Assembly: GCA_013265495.1 (NCBI GenBank)
Contig: MU058221.1
Span: 4,218,001-4,282,000, forward strand
Length of the DNA stretch: 64,000 nucleotides
Origin: Vicugna vicugna
Lineage: Eukaryota
Reading direction: 5' to 3'
Position 1 is the first letter of the stretch. Every line of letters begins with the position of its first letter. The notes under the pieces were generated by a model that had not been told where the DNA came from, did not search any database, and was given only the letters and a program-made list of their open reading frames with translations. The position numbers and the translations under genes were made by a program. Positions 1 to 11,724 of this stretch are shown here, piece by piece.

Positions 1-1337
1 AACAAGAACAGTAGAGTTTTTAAATTTGTACTTCACTTAAAATGCCACTGTGTGTTTCCTGAAATGTTAATGACAAGATTAGCTCCATGTGGTGTGAAAA
101 AGAAAGCATCCAAAGGCTCGAACAGGAAGGCACCACAAACCAAAGAGTCCCCAGGGTGTGTTCCAGATTGGAGCAGATACGCGGTGATCTGGAAGCAAGA
201 GTAAAACGCAAAGGATTATGACTGCAAACGGTAGTGTTTGGGAAACACTATCAACCATGTGGTCGGATGGAAAAGCTTGATTTGAAGATGTCAAAGTGGG
301 CGTACACAGCAGCACACTGCCGCACTAACCCCGTAACGACTCCTTGAGCCTCGGTGTCTCCCGCTCCTCTCAAACACATACACATAGACGTGGAGACAGA
401 ATTTTAGGTAAGGAAGATCATGAATGTCCATCCATCTCAACCCGTCTTTAGGACAGAGGAAAAGGAAATGACCTGTGGTTTTCAAAATAAGTAGCAACGT
501 ATACAGTTTTCAGCGCATCTTCACAGACACACTGACTTTAATATTCACCAAACCATGCGTGTTAGGAAGAGGAACCATTAGCATCCTCTTTAAAGTAGGA
601 AGCAGAGACACAAAGCAGGAAGAAAATGGAGCTAAAACACAGACCTTGGCCTTTGGGGTACAAAGCTCAGACTCCCCTCCCTTATGGCTATAAAATGAGA
701 GACTTGGAGGAAAAAAACCACTTTTTGTGATGGTAGACGTCAACATGGTATTATAGACTTTTTGTTTTTGATTAGTCATGTTGTACAGCCATTCAATTAA
801 ATTAATATTCTCACTTTTGTATTCTTATTTGATAGAAAAGCAATATGCTTACCTGTAGTTGACCACAAGATCTTCCACCAAAACGTAGACAATTATAGTG
901 ATTTTTGTCATCCTCCCCCCAAAATATTTCCCTAGGGCATCACTTTCTGGCTCCCTTAGTTGCACATCCACCAATGATCCTTGAACTCACTGGTAATCTT
1001 GTTCAGTCACAGATTCTTGTGTTAGTTTATGACTTTTCTCTGAATATTGGAACTATATAGAATAAAAGTAATACTAAACATGGACTTAACTACATATGTT
1101 TAAATAACATGAAACAAGGTTATGTTGTTATAATATGATCTTGGCAAAATCCTTCTACCAAATCATTGATTTCTGGCCGGGTGAATCCTCAAGAAAATAC
1201 CCACTGGACGCTGAAACGTCTGCCAGAGCCATGTGCATTTACTTCCTTAGGGGATCTTAGAATGTCCCTCCTTTCCACCCCCAAGACGTCCTGTAGCATA
1301 AGCTAATTTAGCTGTGTAGCCTCCAGTGGTTTCTCTT

Positions 1338-2104
1338 TTTTTTTTTCTGAGTAAAAGTAGATTTATTAAGAGAAATGTACACGGCAGGGGCAGGGGGTTG
1401 GTTAAAGTAAAGGTAGGCACACACTCCATAGAGTGCGGGCTGTCCTAGAAGGCAAGAGAGAGAGCAACCTCAAGGTGCAGTGTTGCACGTTTTTATATGT
1501 CAACGAGTGAGAGGATTATTCTAGCTACTTTGGGGAAGGGATGGGGGTTCCCAGGAACTGGGCCATCGCCCTCTTTTTGATCTTTCATGGTTAGCCTTGG
1601 AACTGTCATGGCGCCTGTGGGTGCGTCAGTCACCGTGCAAGTACATGACGATGTGTATGATGTAGCTCAAAGTCTGGTCGAAGTCAAACCTCCCACCATC
1701 TTGGGCCTCAGGTTCTATTGGGAGTTGGCTTTTCTGCCATCTTGGTGCTAACTGCTGTGACACCCCTTTATGGGATGTGTTCTGCCCCCTTCCTTCCTGT
1801 CTCATTCCCCTGTCAGAGACTTCACTCCCATAACCTTATGGGGGTGGCGGTCCATCTTCCATAACTGCTTCAGGGCTGAGTAGGGGCATTGAGCCTGCCT
1901 ACCAGGGAGTAAAAACATCTGAGTGCCTAATCTAGGGGCCTCAGGGGCAGGACAGCTTGTTTCTTGAGTCTGAGGGTGGTATGGGCTGGAACCTTCACAA
2001 ATCTTCCATCACCTTGACGTGGAACTGTTACAACAGCTTCTATAATGTTCCTGTTGGATCTTCTTAAAGACGAAGGAGCTTTGCAACAGCATCAGTGAAA
2101 CAAC
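1338..2104 (-). mobile_element. ERV1-class fragment (internal 3' end + PPT + 3' LTR lacking U5) with poly(A) tail; probable L1-processed ERV copy
   Basis: On the minus strand, purine-rich GGGGAA is followed by the LTR start TGAGACAGG (~1804). AATAAA lies at 1367-1362 and A11 at 1346-1336. Similar direct repeats flank it at 1318-1337 and 2105-2122. The LTR body aligns by eye with the LTR fragment at ~15100-15260. Confidence 0.75.
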
Positions 2105-2110
2105 AGCTTC

Positions 2111-2278
2111 CAGTGCTCTCTTGAACGTACAAAGGAATCACCTGGGGATCTTGCTAGAAGGCGGATCCCAACTCAACAGTTCTGGAGTGGGGACCTGGGA
2201 TTCTGCGTTTCTAACTCACTCCCAGGCGGTGGTGGTGGTGCTGCTGCTGCTCTAGGGACCACATTCTTAGTAGCAAGG
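2111..2278. mobile_element. MER5A-like hAT-Charlie DNA transposon
   Basis: Matches the MER5 consensus as remembered: gaatcacctggggatcttg...tggggacctgggattctgcgtttctaac...gggaccacatt. Confidence 0.75.
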
Positions 2279-2427
2279 ATGTAGACCACTCAGGTTCACT
2301 CTGCACATACTTTCCTTCCCTTGGAGACCTCCATTGTTCATGGCCAGCAAGTTTTCTTTTCAGAGCTACTGATGGAGTGAACATTCATATCACCATGTTA
2401 GTGCCATTATGCACAAATTAGCCTCTC

Positions 2428-4497
2428 TTTTTTTTTCTTTTCTATCTTTTGCTTTTTTTCCATTGTTAAACAGCTTTATTGAGACACAATTCACGTGCAA
2501 GAAGACAAGCCAATTGCTTTCAGTATATTTACAGATGCGTGCAACTAGCATCACAGTCAGTTCTTAGAACATTTTCATCATGCCCAAGGGAAACCACAGA
2601 GGTTTAACATCACTAGCCATTAGGGAAATCAAATCAAAACAACAATGAGATACCAATTTGCACCCATTATGAAGGCTATTTTTTTTTAAAGAAATGGAAA
2701 ATGGAAAATAACAGGTGTTGGCAAGGTTGTGGAGAAATTGAGCACTTGTGTGTTACTGGTGGGACTGTAAAATGGTGAAGCCACTGTGGAAAACAGTTTG
2801 GCAATTTCTCAAAAGGTTAAGCATAGAATTACCATATGACATTCTCCTATCAGTAATTGACAGGTCCAGCAGGCAGGAAATCAGTAAGGATATAGTTGAA
2901 CTCAACAGCACCATCAATCAGCTGGCCCTAATTGACATCTACAGAATGCTTCATCCAACAAAAACAAAATATACATTCTTTGCAAACTCACCTGGAAAAT
3001 CCAGCAACACAGATCACATTCTGAGCCATAAAACACATCTTAACAAATTAAAAAGAACAGAAATTTTACAAAGTATGTTCTCAAAACTCACATGAATTAA
3101 ACTGGAAAGTCAACAACAGAAAGGTAGCTGGACCCCCCCCCACACACACACACACAAATACTTGGAGATTAAACAACACATTTCTAAATACACAGGTTAA
3201 AGGACAAGTCTCAATAGAAATTTTAAAATATTTCAAACTATAGGGAATAAACGTAATTTATCAAAAATGTTGAGATGCAGGGAAAGCACGGCCTGAGGGA
3301 AATTCACAGAATAGACTGCAAATATTTGAATAGAATAGATAAAGTCAATAATCTAAGCTTCTACTTTTGGGAAGAAAGAGCAAATTAAACCGAAAATTAG
3401 TTACTTGGGTTCTCTCTCTTTTTTCTTGGTTAGACTAGCTAAAAGTTTATCTATTTTGTTTATCTTTTTAAAAAATCAACTCCACCCCTAAGGTGGATGT
3501 CTTAAAAGTTGGTACACTAGACATGGGGTCTACACTTTCCATCTTTTAAGGAGAATCTGGGAGTTGGTAATCTTGTTATTATATGTTGCTCTGCCAAGAG
3601 TGGAGGTTATGGCTATAGCGTGTCTCAGGCTTTCCTACTTGTTTTGACATGGGCGTGACGTGTAGGAGTCACTCAGCTGGTTTCTGAATTTCTTGAGGAA
3701 GTTGCTCCATGTGTAGTTGTACATTAGGTGTGTCCATTGCAAGAGGGGCATTCAGGACTCTCCTATGTTGCCATATGGGACTGGAACTTGACATCATTAT
3801 AGTCAGATCATACATATTTTTTTAATCCAGTCTGACATTCTCTTTTTTTATTGAATTATTTTAACCATTCATGTGTAATGCTTTTATTGATAGGAAGCCA
3901 ATCCTTATCATTCAGAGATGCCATGTATTTGAATTCATTTACTCATTGAAATTTATTTGTCACCTTAGATCAATACTTGCAGTGTTCTGGAGGTCACTTG
4001 CAGACATTCACAGAGCAGTGAAAACTATTTTTCACTCTATTTTTGAGTTATTTCTATAGTGATTGCCCTAGGGTTTACCGTATACTTTTAACCGATCCGA
4101 ATCAGCCTAGGAATAATATTCAGAACAGAAGGCATACCTCTCAGCCACATTCACCTCGGACTTGGCCGTAGCTTGGGTAGGACGAGAAAGGCTGACACCC
4201 TGCTCGCCCCCTCCCCGTCTGTGCGCTGTGATGAGTGGAGGGAGCCCTGTACTCTTGGCTGTAGCATCTAGAGAGGAGTGTTTGACTTGCTGAGCTGGGA
4301 GGAAGTGGTTCTGATTCAAATATGATAGACTCTTACCTTTCTCACAGATGTTTTTTGAGTAGATCTTTATTTTTTTTTTGCACTTAGAACCACTTTACAG
4401 AGACCTTTAAACAGTTGGATTTTTGTGGTTTTCTACTAGTTTTAACAGGAAGCAGGACAGTGGAGGGCCCCACACTGTCATGCTGGAAGTTGACCTT
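2428..4497. mobile_element. Mosaic of old L1M fragments: 3' end (-) 2468-2596; ORF2 C-terminal (+) 2607-2838; ORF2 endonuclease region (+) 2840-3400; further (-) pieces to ~4497
   Basis: ORF 2748-3095 contains L1 ORF2 motifs (WWDCKMVKPLWKTVWQFLK; IDIYRMLHP...YTFF...DHILSHKTHLNK). The flanking pieces have L1 3' UTR and 5' end signatures. Confidence 0.8.
3900..4025. mobile_element. TcMar-Tigger family fragment inside L1
   Basis: aaatttatttgtcacc...atcaatact...ggtcacttgcagacattcacagagcagtgaaaa resembles a Tigger-family consensus. Confidence 0.5.
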
Positions 4498-5787
4498 CCT
4501 TGTCTGTTTTAATGTATTAATTATTTATGGAAATAATAATACCAGTAATGATGTCTAATATTTATTGAGTGCTCACTATAGTACACTTACTCTTCCAATT
4601 TATTTATTCATATTATTTCTTATCATCAAAATAACTTTACCTAATATTATATATTTGCACAAACACACATGGATATGTATCTGCATGTATGCATATATAT
4701 AATTACATGCTATTATTACTACCCTGACATACATTAATAGAAATGCACATTTTTTCAGCTTATTGAAATATAATTGATAAATAATAGTATGTGGCTTCTG
4801 AAAGAAGAGAAACCAAATGAAAATTGGAATGGACATGGAAACGAAGTTTTTCTCTTTGCTAGTTTTGTCAGAAAAATTCTTAACAGTTACCCGTGTTCAG
4901 TAACTTGAAAGATGGCCTTTTTCTTACATTATTAATCTTCATGAAACCCTTATGGAAGTGACAGTTGCAACCAAGCATTTTAAAATCTTGAAAATGCCAG
5001 CCAAAGTTGTGCTCAACATCCCATCTCTGCCATTAGAATTGTTTTGCCAGCTGCTTATTGCAATCTTTCTTGACTTGTAAGTGTATGTCTACGTTTTAAG
5101 ATCAGAGAACAGTTGGGAATAATTCAAATGCAGCTCAATTTTTCTCCAGGGGCTGAGCAATGGTATTCTCATCACAAATTCATAGGTGGACTCAGTGAGC
5201 AGAGATCTACAAACAATTTTTATGAAACAAGTGCTTATCTTTAAGCAACGAAGCCTTACAAATCTCAGCTTGGAGGAAACATTTATCCTGAATATGTTAT
5301 GTGATCAGAAGGAGGCGCTCATCTGGCTTAGTCACTCCAAGCACTCTCCACCTGGGATCCACTGAACCCTGCAGCGTTCAAAGGGTATGTGATGATTTGC
5401 AAGTATTGGTTGGCTGAGGGAGGGAGCTGAAGCAGTGGAAGCTGGGAATGGCAGCCTATTCAACCTTGAGTACTGGTAAAGAAAAGACAGGAAGGCATGA
5501 CTAGTCACAGGTTGAAATCAGATAGGAAAAACAATTGCTCCTAGAGTTACAGAACTGAAGATGTATTAAAGAAGAGGCATAGAAAGGAAAAAAAGAGAGG
5601 AAGCCAGGTCCTATTCGCTTGAGATCCTGGCTCCAGCCAAGCCAAAGGGATAAGCAGAGGAGGTTCAAGCCCTGTCAGCCAACCCTAGGGGAGCCAGTGG
5701 TTGGCCATGCTTGGCCAACTCCAACAGGGGGACTGGAGAGAATGGTCTGAAAGAGAGCTGGGCTGTATTTCAGCCCCGGTTTGCAGG

Positions 5788-6100
5788 TTCATTTATTTAT
5801 TCAGTAAATTTCTGAGTAGCAACACTCTTGTAAGCATGGAGAAATCAATGATGATTAACACACGAAGTCCCTTCTTTTCATTCTAAGTTGTGGTTGGGGG
5901 GTGGGGGGAGGAAGAAGAGAATGATATAAACAAGGAGGGAAAGTATATAGATGGTATTAAGTCCTGTTTTACAAAGAAAAACAGAACAAAGGGATGTAGA
6001 ATCAGGGAGGAGTTGCAATCAGAGGAGTGGCATAATCTGATTTGCATTTTTCAAAGACTAATCTCACTGCTACATAGAGAATGTCTTATAAAGGTGTCAA
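5788..6100 (-). mobile_element. L2 3' fragment (continues after the L1 at ~6970-7250)
   Basis: Begins ttcatttatttattcagtaaat, the reverse of the L2 tail, followed by a degenerate L2 body. Confidence 0.55.
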
Positions 6101-6105
6101 AGGAG

Positions 6106-6826
6106 ACCTATTAAGGATGGCCATCATTTAAAAGTCCACAATGGTAGATGCTGGAGAGGGTGTGGAGAAAGGGGAACCCCCTACACTGCTGGTGGGAATG
6201 TAGTTTGGAACGGTCATTAGAGAAAACAGTATGCAGATTCCATAAAAAACTAAAAATAGACTTAGCATATGATCCAGCAGTCCCACTCCTGGGCATCTAT
6301 CCAGAAGGAGCTCTAATTCAAAAAGATACATGTACCCCAATGTTCACAGCAGCACCATATACAACAGCCAAGACATGGAAGCAACCTGAATGTCCACTGA
6401 CAGATGACTGGATAAAGTTGAGGTATATTTATACGATGGAATACTACTCAGCCATAAAAAAGACTAAAATAATGCCATTTGCAGCAACATGGATGGACCT
6501 AGAGATTGTCATTCTAACTGAAGTAAGCCAGAAAGAGAAAGAAAAATACCATGTGATATCACTTGTATGTGAAATTTAAAAAAAGAAACAAAGAAGACAA
6601 TAATGAACTTGTTTACAAAACAGAGACAGACCCACAGACATAGAACACAAATTTATGGTTACCACAGTGAAAGGGGATGGGAAGGGATAAATTGGGAGTT
6701 TAGGATTTGCAGACACTAACTACTATATCTAAAATAGATAAACAACAAGGTCCTACTGTATAGCAGGGGGAACTATATTCGATATTTTATAGTGGCCTAT
6801 AATATAAAAGAATATGAAAAGGATTT

Positions 6827-6857
<31 letters not shown>

Positions 6858-6923
6858 GTATAAATGAATCACTATGCATATTTACACAACATTGTAAATT
6901 GACTACACTTCAATTAAAAAAAA
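6106..6923 (+). mobile_element. 5'-truncated lineage-specific L1 (ORF2 C-terminus, 3' UTR, poly(A))
   Basis: ORF 6148-6579 encodes the L1 ORF2 C-terminus (HCWWEC...YTMEYYSAIK...FAATWMDLE). The 3' UTR ends cttcaattaaaaaaaaa. Confidence 0.92.
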
Positions 6924-7384
6924 AGAACTGTAAGAAAATTCAAAAATAAAATGTTAAACACGTTTACTGTGAAGGCCGGGTGAGAAGCAGTGCTGACTTG
7001 AGTTTTAGTTTGTAGGTGGAGTGTGACTCATGTGTTGGGTAGGAATAGCTATGGAAATGGAGAGCAGGAGTCATTTGGGGTATATCCGGGGATAGGAGCC
7101 ACAGGGCTCAGTTGTGTGATTGGATGCGGAGGTCAAGGGAAGGGAGAGAACAAGGAGAGTGCTCAGGTTTTTTAAATCTTTGGTGGAGAAGATGGTGGTA
7201 TGATTAACTGGAATAGGAATGACCAGTTCGATTCATTTTTAGGTCAGGTACCTTCTCAAAGTGGTAGTATTCCTTAACTAGCAAATCTAAAATAGATAAA
7301 CAACAAGGTCCTACTGTATAGCAGGGGGAACTATATTCGATATTTTATAGTGGCCTATAATATAAAAGAATATGAAAAGGATTT

Positions 7385-7415
<31 letters not shown>

Positions 7416-7842
7416 GTATAAATGAATCACTATGCATATTTACACAACATTGTAAATTGACTACACTTCAATTAAAAAAAAAGAACTGTAAGAAAATTCA
7501 AAAATAAAATGTTAAACACGTTTACTGTGAAGGCCGGGTGAGAAGCAGTGCTGACTTGAGTTTTAGTTTGTAGGTGGAGTGTGACTCATGTGTTGGGTAG
7601 GAATAGCTATGGAAATGGAGAGCAGGAGTCATTTGGGGTATATCCGGGGATAGGAGCCACAGGGCTCAGTTGTGTGATTGGATGCGGAGGTCAAGGGAAG
7701 GGAGAGAACAAGGAGAGTGCTCAGGTTTTTTAAATCTTTGGTGGAGAAGATGGTGGTATGATTAACTGGAATAGGAATGACCAGTTCGATTCATTTTTAG
7801 GTCAGGTACCTTCTCAAAGTGGTAGTATTCCTTAACTAGCAA
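6727..7842. repeat. Head-to-tail tandem duplication, 2 x 558 bp (6727-7284 and 7285-7842)
   Basis: Both units start atctaaaatagataaacaac and end ccttaactagcaa. I saw no differences by eye, including the (TA)n tract length. Confidence 0.95.
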
Positions 7843-8764
7843 CATTACAGACTTAAGGACAATTAAATTATCCTAATCAAGTCCTTTTATGTTATCCTCC
7901 AGGAATTAGGAAATAATATAACAGATGGCCTCAGGTGGTGAGCACAGCATATGAAAATGTATTTCTTAGCCTGGGCTCTCTAGGAAGCAGAGCCTGAGTG
8001 AGAGTTGCCATCAGAAGACAAAGACACCAACCACACAGGTTTACTTGGCCCAGACAGCCCGCGAGGCTGAGAGATCAGTCTGTGGGGTGTGCAGAGCCAA
8101 CGCCAGTGTTGAGTCTTCATGCTGCTCTCAACCCCACCATATTAAGACAATCATTATAACCTTGTTACATTACACTCTCCATTTCCCTTTCCCAGACTAA
8201 TATAATTGCAAATGAGGTTACATTTTCATAGAATTGCCTTGGATTTCTTTTTGAGCAAATAAGGCAGGTCTCATCAGCTTAAGTTAGTTGAACTTCCCTT
8301 CCCAAGTTAGATGAGCACTGAATGAAAAAAAAAAAAAAACCATGAAGATTTCTTTCCAATTACTAGCACATCCTTAATGATCTGGAGATTAGCTATAGAT
8401 CAGAATCATAATCGAGGGAGGAAAAAGTGAGATTGCATTGGAATTCTCTCAAAATTAACCGGAGATTACTTTTTTAAAAAAGCAAGCTCAGGGTAAATCA
8501 CTTAGGGTAGGGATATAAGCTTCAATTATTAGGTGAGAAGGGACTAGGCAATTATGGGTAAATGACCTGAGGACAAATAGAGGGAACTCTAGAGTAAGTA
8601 TGAGTCAGCAATATATGGTGTCAAATTGAAGTGTGACGCTTAGAGAGTGAACTAACAGGGAAACGTTAGTTTCCTAGGAAACGTCAGTACGAATCCGCCC
8701 TGAACCCTGGGAAGCTGGAATACAGCACTATCCAGAAAGGCAGGAGGGCCTTACCCAAAGGATG

Positions 8765-8905
8765 CTGAAGTCAGGAGACCTGGTTCCAGCCTAGTTTTTT
8801 TACTAATAAACTACAAAAACCTAGCAACTCACTTAATTTTTTTAAGCCCTAGGTTGTTCGTTTATAACATGAATATGATTATAATATCGAACTTATCTTC
8901 ATGGC
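8765..8905 (+). mobile_element. MIR fragment
   Basis: gtcaggagacctggttcc...ctcacttaatt...ataatatc is a degenerate MIR core. Confidence 0.5.
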
Positions 8906-9042
8906 TTCAAGCTTTTCTCTCTGAAATAAGCAAAAGGGACTATAGAATATAACACACGTTTAATGGCAGTTATGGGAAATACTATTAAAGAAGAAAAATC
9001 AAAATATGTAGAATATTAGCAAATGCAATACAGCCAGAAAGT

Positions 9043-9207
9043 CAGAACTGCCTGTTTAATTTGCGGGACCCACCCAGTGCAAAATGAAGTGTGGGGCCCT
9101 TTGTTCAAAGTGTATTAAGAATTTTAAGATAGCAACAGCAGAGCGTCAGACCAAGCATGGGCACCATGCAGTCGTCACAAGACCAGTGAAACTGCAGAGG
9201 TTGCACG
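9043..9207. mobile_element. MER45A-like hAT-Tip100 element
   Basis: cccagtgcaaaatgaagtgtggggccctttgttcaaa...taagaattttaagatagcaacagcagagc matches MER45A as remembered. Confidence 0.75.
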
Positions 9208-10129
9208 TCTCACTGTCTCCATCAAAGTGGCTGCTGGTGCAGAATAAACACAGCAGTGAGTCTGGGTAGCACCATTCATACTCTGGTTTTGTGATGCTGC
9301 CTGAGGTGGTGCCTGATGCTGGTGCGTGACCTCAGCTCGCCTGTCCTTCATACGGCAAGGCAGGGGTATTCTATATCCCTCCACACTGGCTTCCTTTGAT
9401 CTCCTTTATGTAAATCATCAAGGTGGAAGAAAGCCTTAGTAGGTTCAGCCTCATTCTAAAAAAAGTAGAGTTGAACAACATAATACTGGAACTGAGAAAA
9501 GCCAGTGGGAAAGCACCTGATTCCATGAGTTGGCCAAGAAGATATCTGACGAGTTCTAGATTTATCATATTATTGCCAGAGAACAAAAATGCTTTTCAGA
9601 CTGTCAAGGGCAATGCTAAAAGCACAAAGTTTAATGAATTTAGCATTGATCAAAGTACAAATAGATTTCTTTTACACACATTCAGACGCTGAGACATTAA
9701 TGGGGAAAAATTAGCATACACAAATGAACTGATAATGATTTATCAGCCAATCTTTTGGGAAAGAAAGAGTCATTTCCCCACCATAATGTTTATAAAATTA
9801 TAGAGGGATGAAACAATGAAGAGACAGCCAGGCTAATAACGTAAAACCAGCAGATGAGAGCTTTCCTCTAGTTTATATCAGCACCTCCAGTGAGATTTTT
9901 ATTTCTGAAATCAGAAACACTGTATCACAGTGTTCTCCATTGGAAAGTAGCTGCTGTGAAATGCATTTACTGTTCATTTACTTGAAGCTTAATATGTGCT
10001 GTTATGTATTTTTATTATATTCCATTAAAAATAGGTTTAGTATTTAATTCAAAGATAGGGAAGCAGTTATATGAGAACCAAAGTATCACCACTTACAACG
10101 GCTACTTTAATTTTCTATTCAACGGTATA

Positions 10130-11105
10130 TGTTTTAACTTTTTAATTAAAATATAATTTTGGTATAAAAATGCACGAATCACAAGGACACAGCTTGATGA
10201 ACAACTCACGGTATACCCACCGGTATAACCACCACCCAGGTCAAGAAATACAATATATGCAGTATTCAAGACGTCCCTCTCAACACGGAAACTTCGCTAC
10301 ACTTCAGAAGTAACTTTCTATGGGTAGAATCTCCAGTACAATGATAAATGCCGATGGTGAAAGTGGGAATCCTTGCCTAGTCCTGCTCTTAGATGGAAAG
10401 CTTTCAGTCTTTCACCATTAAGTATGTTAGCTGTGAATTTTTCACAAATGCCTAGTCATCCATTTGATTAGTGACTTTTCCAATCTACTTTTGCAAAGAC
10501 TGTCTTCCTTTTCATGTGTGATCCCTAAAAGTTCCATCCCTTTAGCTTGTGTTCAGTTAGTGTTTTGAAAGAATTCCTTGAAAACCAGGAGCTTGAAATT
10601 CTCCCCCAGTCTTTGCATATTGTCTCTGTCCTGAGACGCTCCTTGAATTCTACCCAGGCAGACCATTTACAACTCTGCCTTAGCCTTAATTTCCTACTTG
10701 CACTGAGTCTAGAGATCAGTCACAGATGACAGCTTAGGGTTTTCTCAGATCTATTCTGAGCATGCATCCATCCCGGGCATGTGTGTAGCTTTATAAATTT
10801 TCAAGTATTCATGGGAGCATTTAAATGTCCTAATTTCCAAAAGAAACTGTCTCTCCGTATTTGACTCCTAAGCTTTAGGCTGTCTGTTAAATGTCTCAAC
10901 CATAATCTATTGCTTCAGGCAGCTATAGATTTTCCATTTGTATTTAATGTTTTTAGGCATTGTCCAATGCTTTTCTGCCTTGAGTGAGTTCTAAGTTAGG
11001 GAAAACAGAAATGAATTTTTTTTGTGCCAAATCCTTCAGGTAACCCCCAGGCAGCTTAGAATGAAGACAGTCATTTGCATCACTCTGTTTTACTTTATTT
11101 TTTTT
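10130..11105 (-). mobile_element. Old L1M fragments (3' end, ORF2 piece, 5' region)
   Basis: accaccacccaggtcaagaaata is L1ME-like 3' sequence; ctttcagtctttcaccattaagtatgttagctgt is antisense ORF2. Confidence 0.65.
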
Positions 11106-11146
11106 AATAAGCCACAGAAACATCTTACTCAAGAAGCTCAGTCATT

Positions 11147-11724
11147 ACCCACCTGCACCCCAATGTTCATAGCAACAATATTTACAATAACCAAGACATG
11201 GAAACAGCCTAAATGTCCATCAACAGATGACTGGATAAAGAAGATGTGGTATATTTATACAATGGAATACTATGCAGCCATAAAAACTGACAACATAACG
11301 CCATTTGCAGCAACATGGATGCTCCTGGAGAATGTCATTCTAAGTGAAGTAAGCCAGAAAGAGAAAGAAAAATACCATATGAGATTGCTCATAAGTGGAA
11401 TCTAAAACAAACAAACAAAAACATAAACACAAAACAGAAATAGACTCAGACATAGAATACAAACTTGTGGTTGCCAAGGGGGCAGGGGGTGGGAAGGGAT
11501 AGACAGGGATTTCAAAATGTAGAATAGAAAAACAAGATTACACTGTATAGCACAGGGAAATAGATACAAGATCTTACGGTATAGCTCACAGCAACAACAA
11601 CAAAAAAATGTGCCAATGAATAAATGTATGTTCACGTATAACTGAAAAATTGTGCTCTACACTGGAATTCGACACAACATTGTAAAAGGACTATACCTCA
11701 ATTAAAAAAATGTTAAAAAAAAAA
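11147..11724 (+). mobile_element. Young 5'-truncated L1 with perfect 16-bp TSD
   Basis: TSD aagaagctcagtcatt at 11131-11146 and 11725-11740; ORF2 C-terminal peptide; poly(A) tail. Confidence 0.95.

Noticed and set aside
6148..6579. 143-aa ORF, and similar ORFs at 2748-3095, 11022-11405 and 18956-19303, as host genes
   Set aside because: They are fragments of L1 ORF2 within truncated elements, not independent genes.
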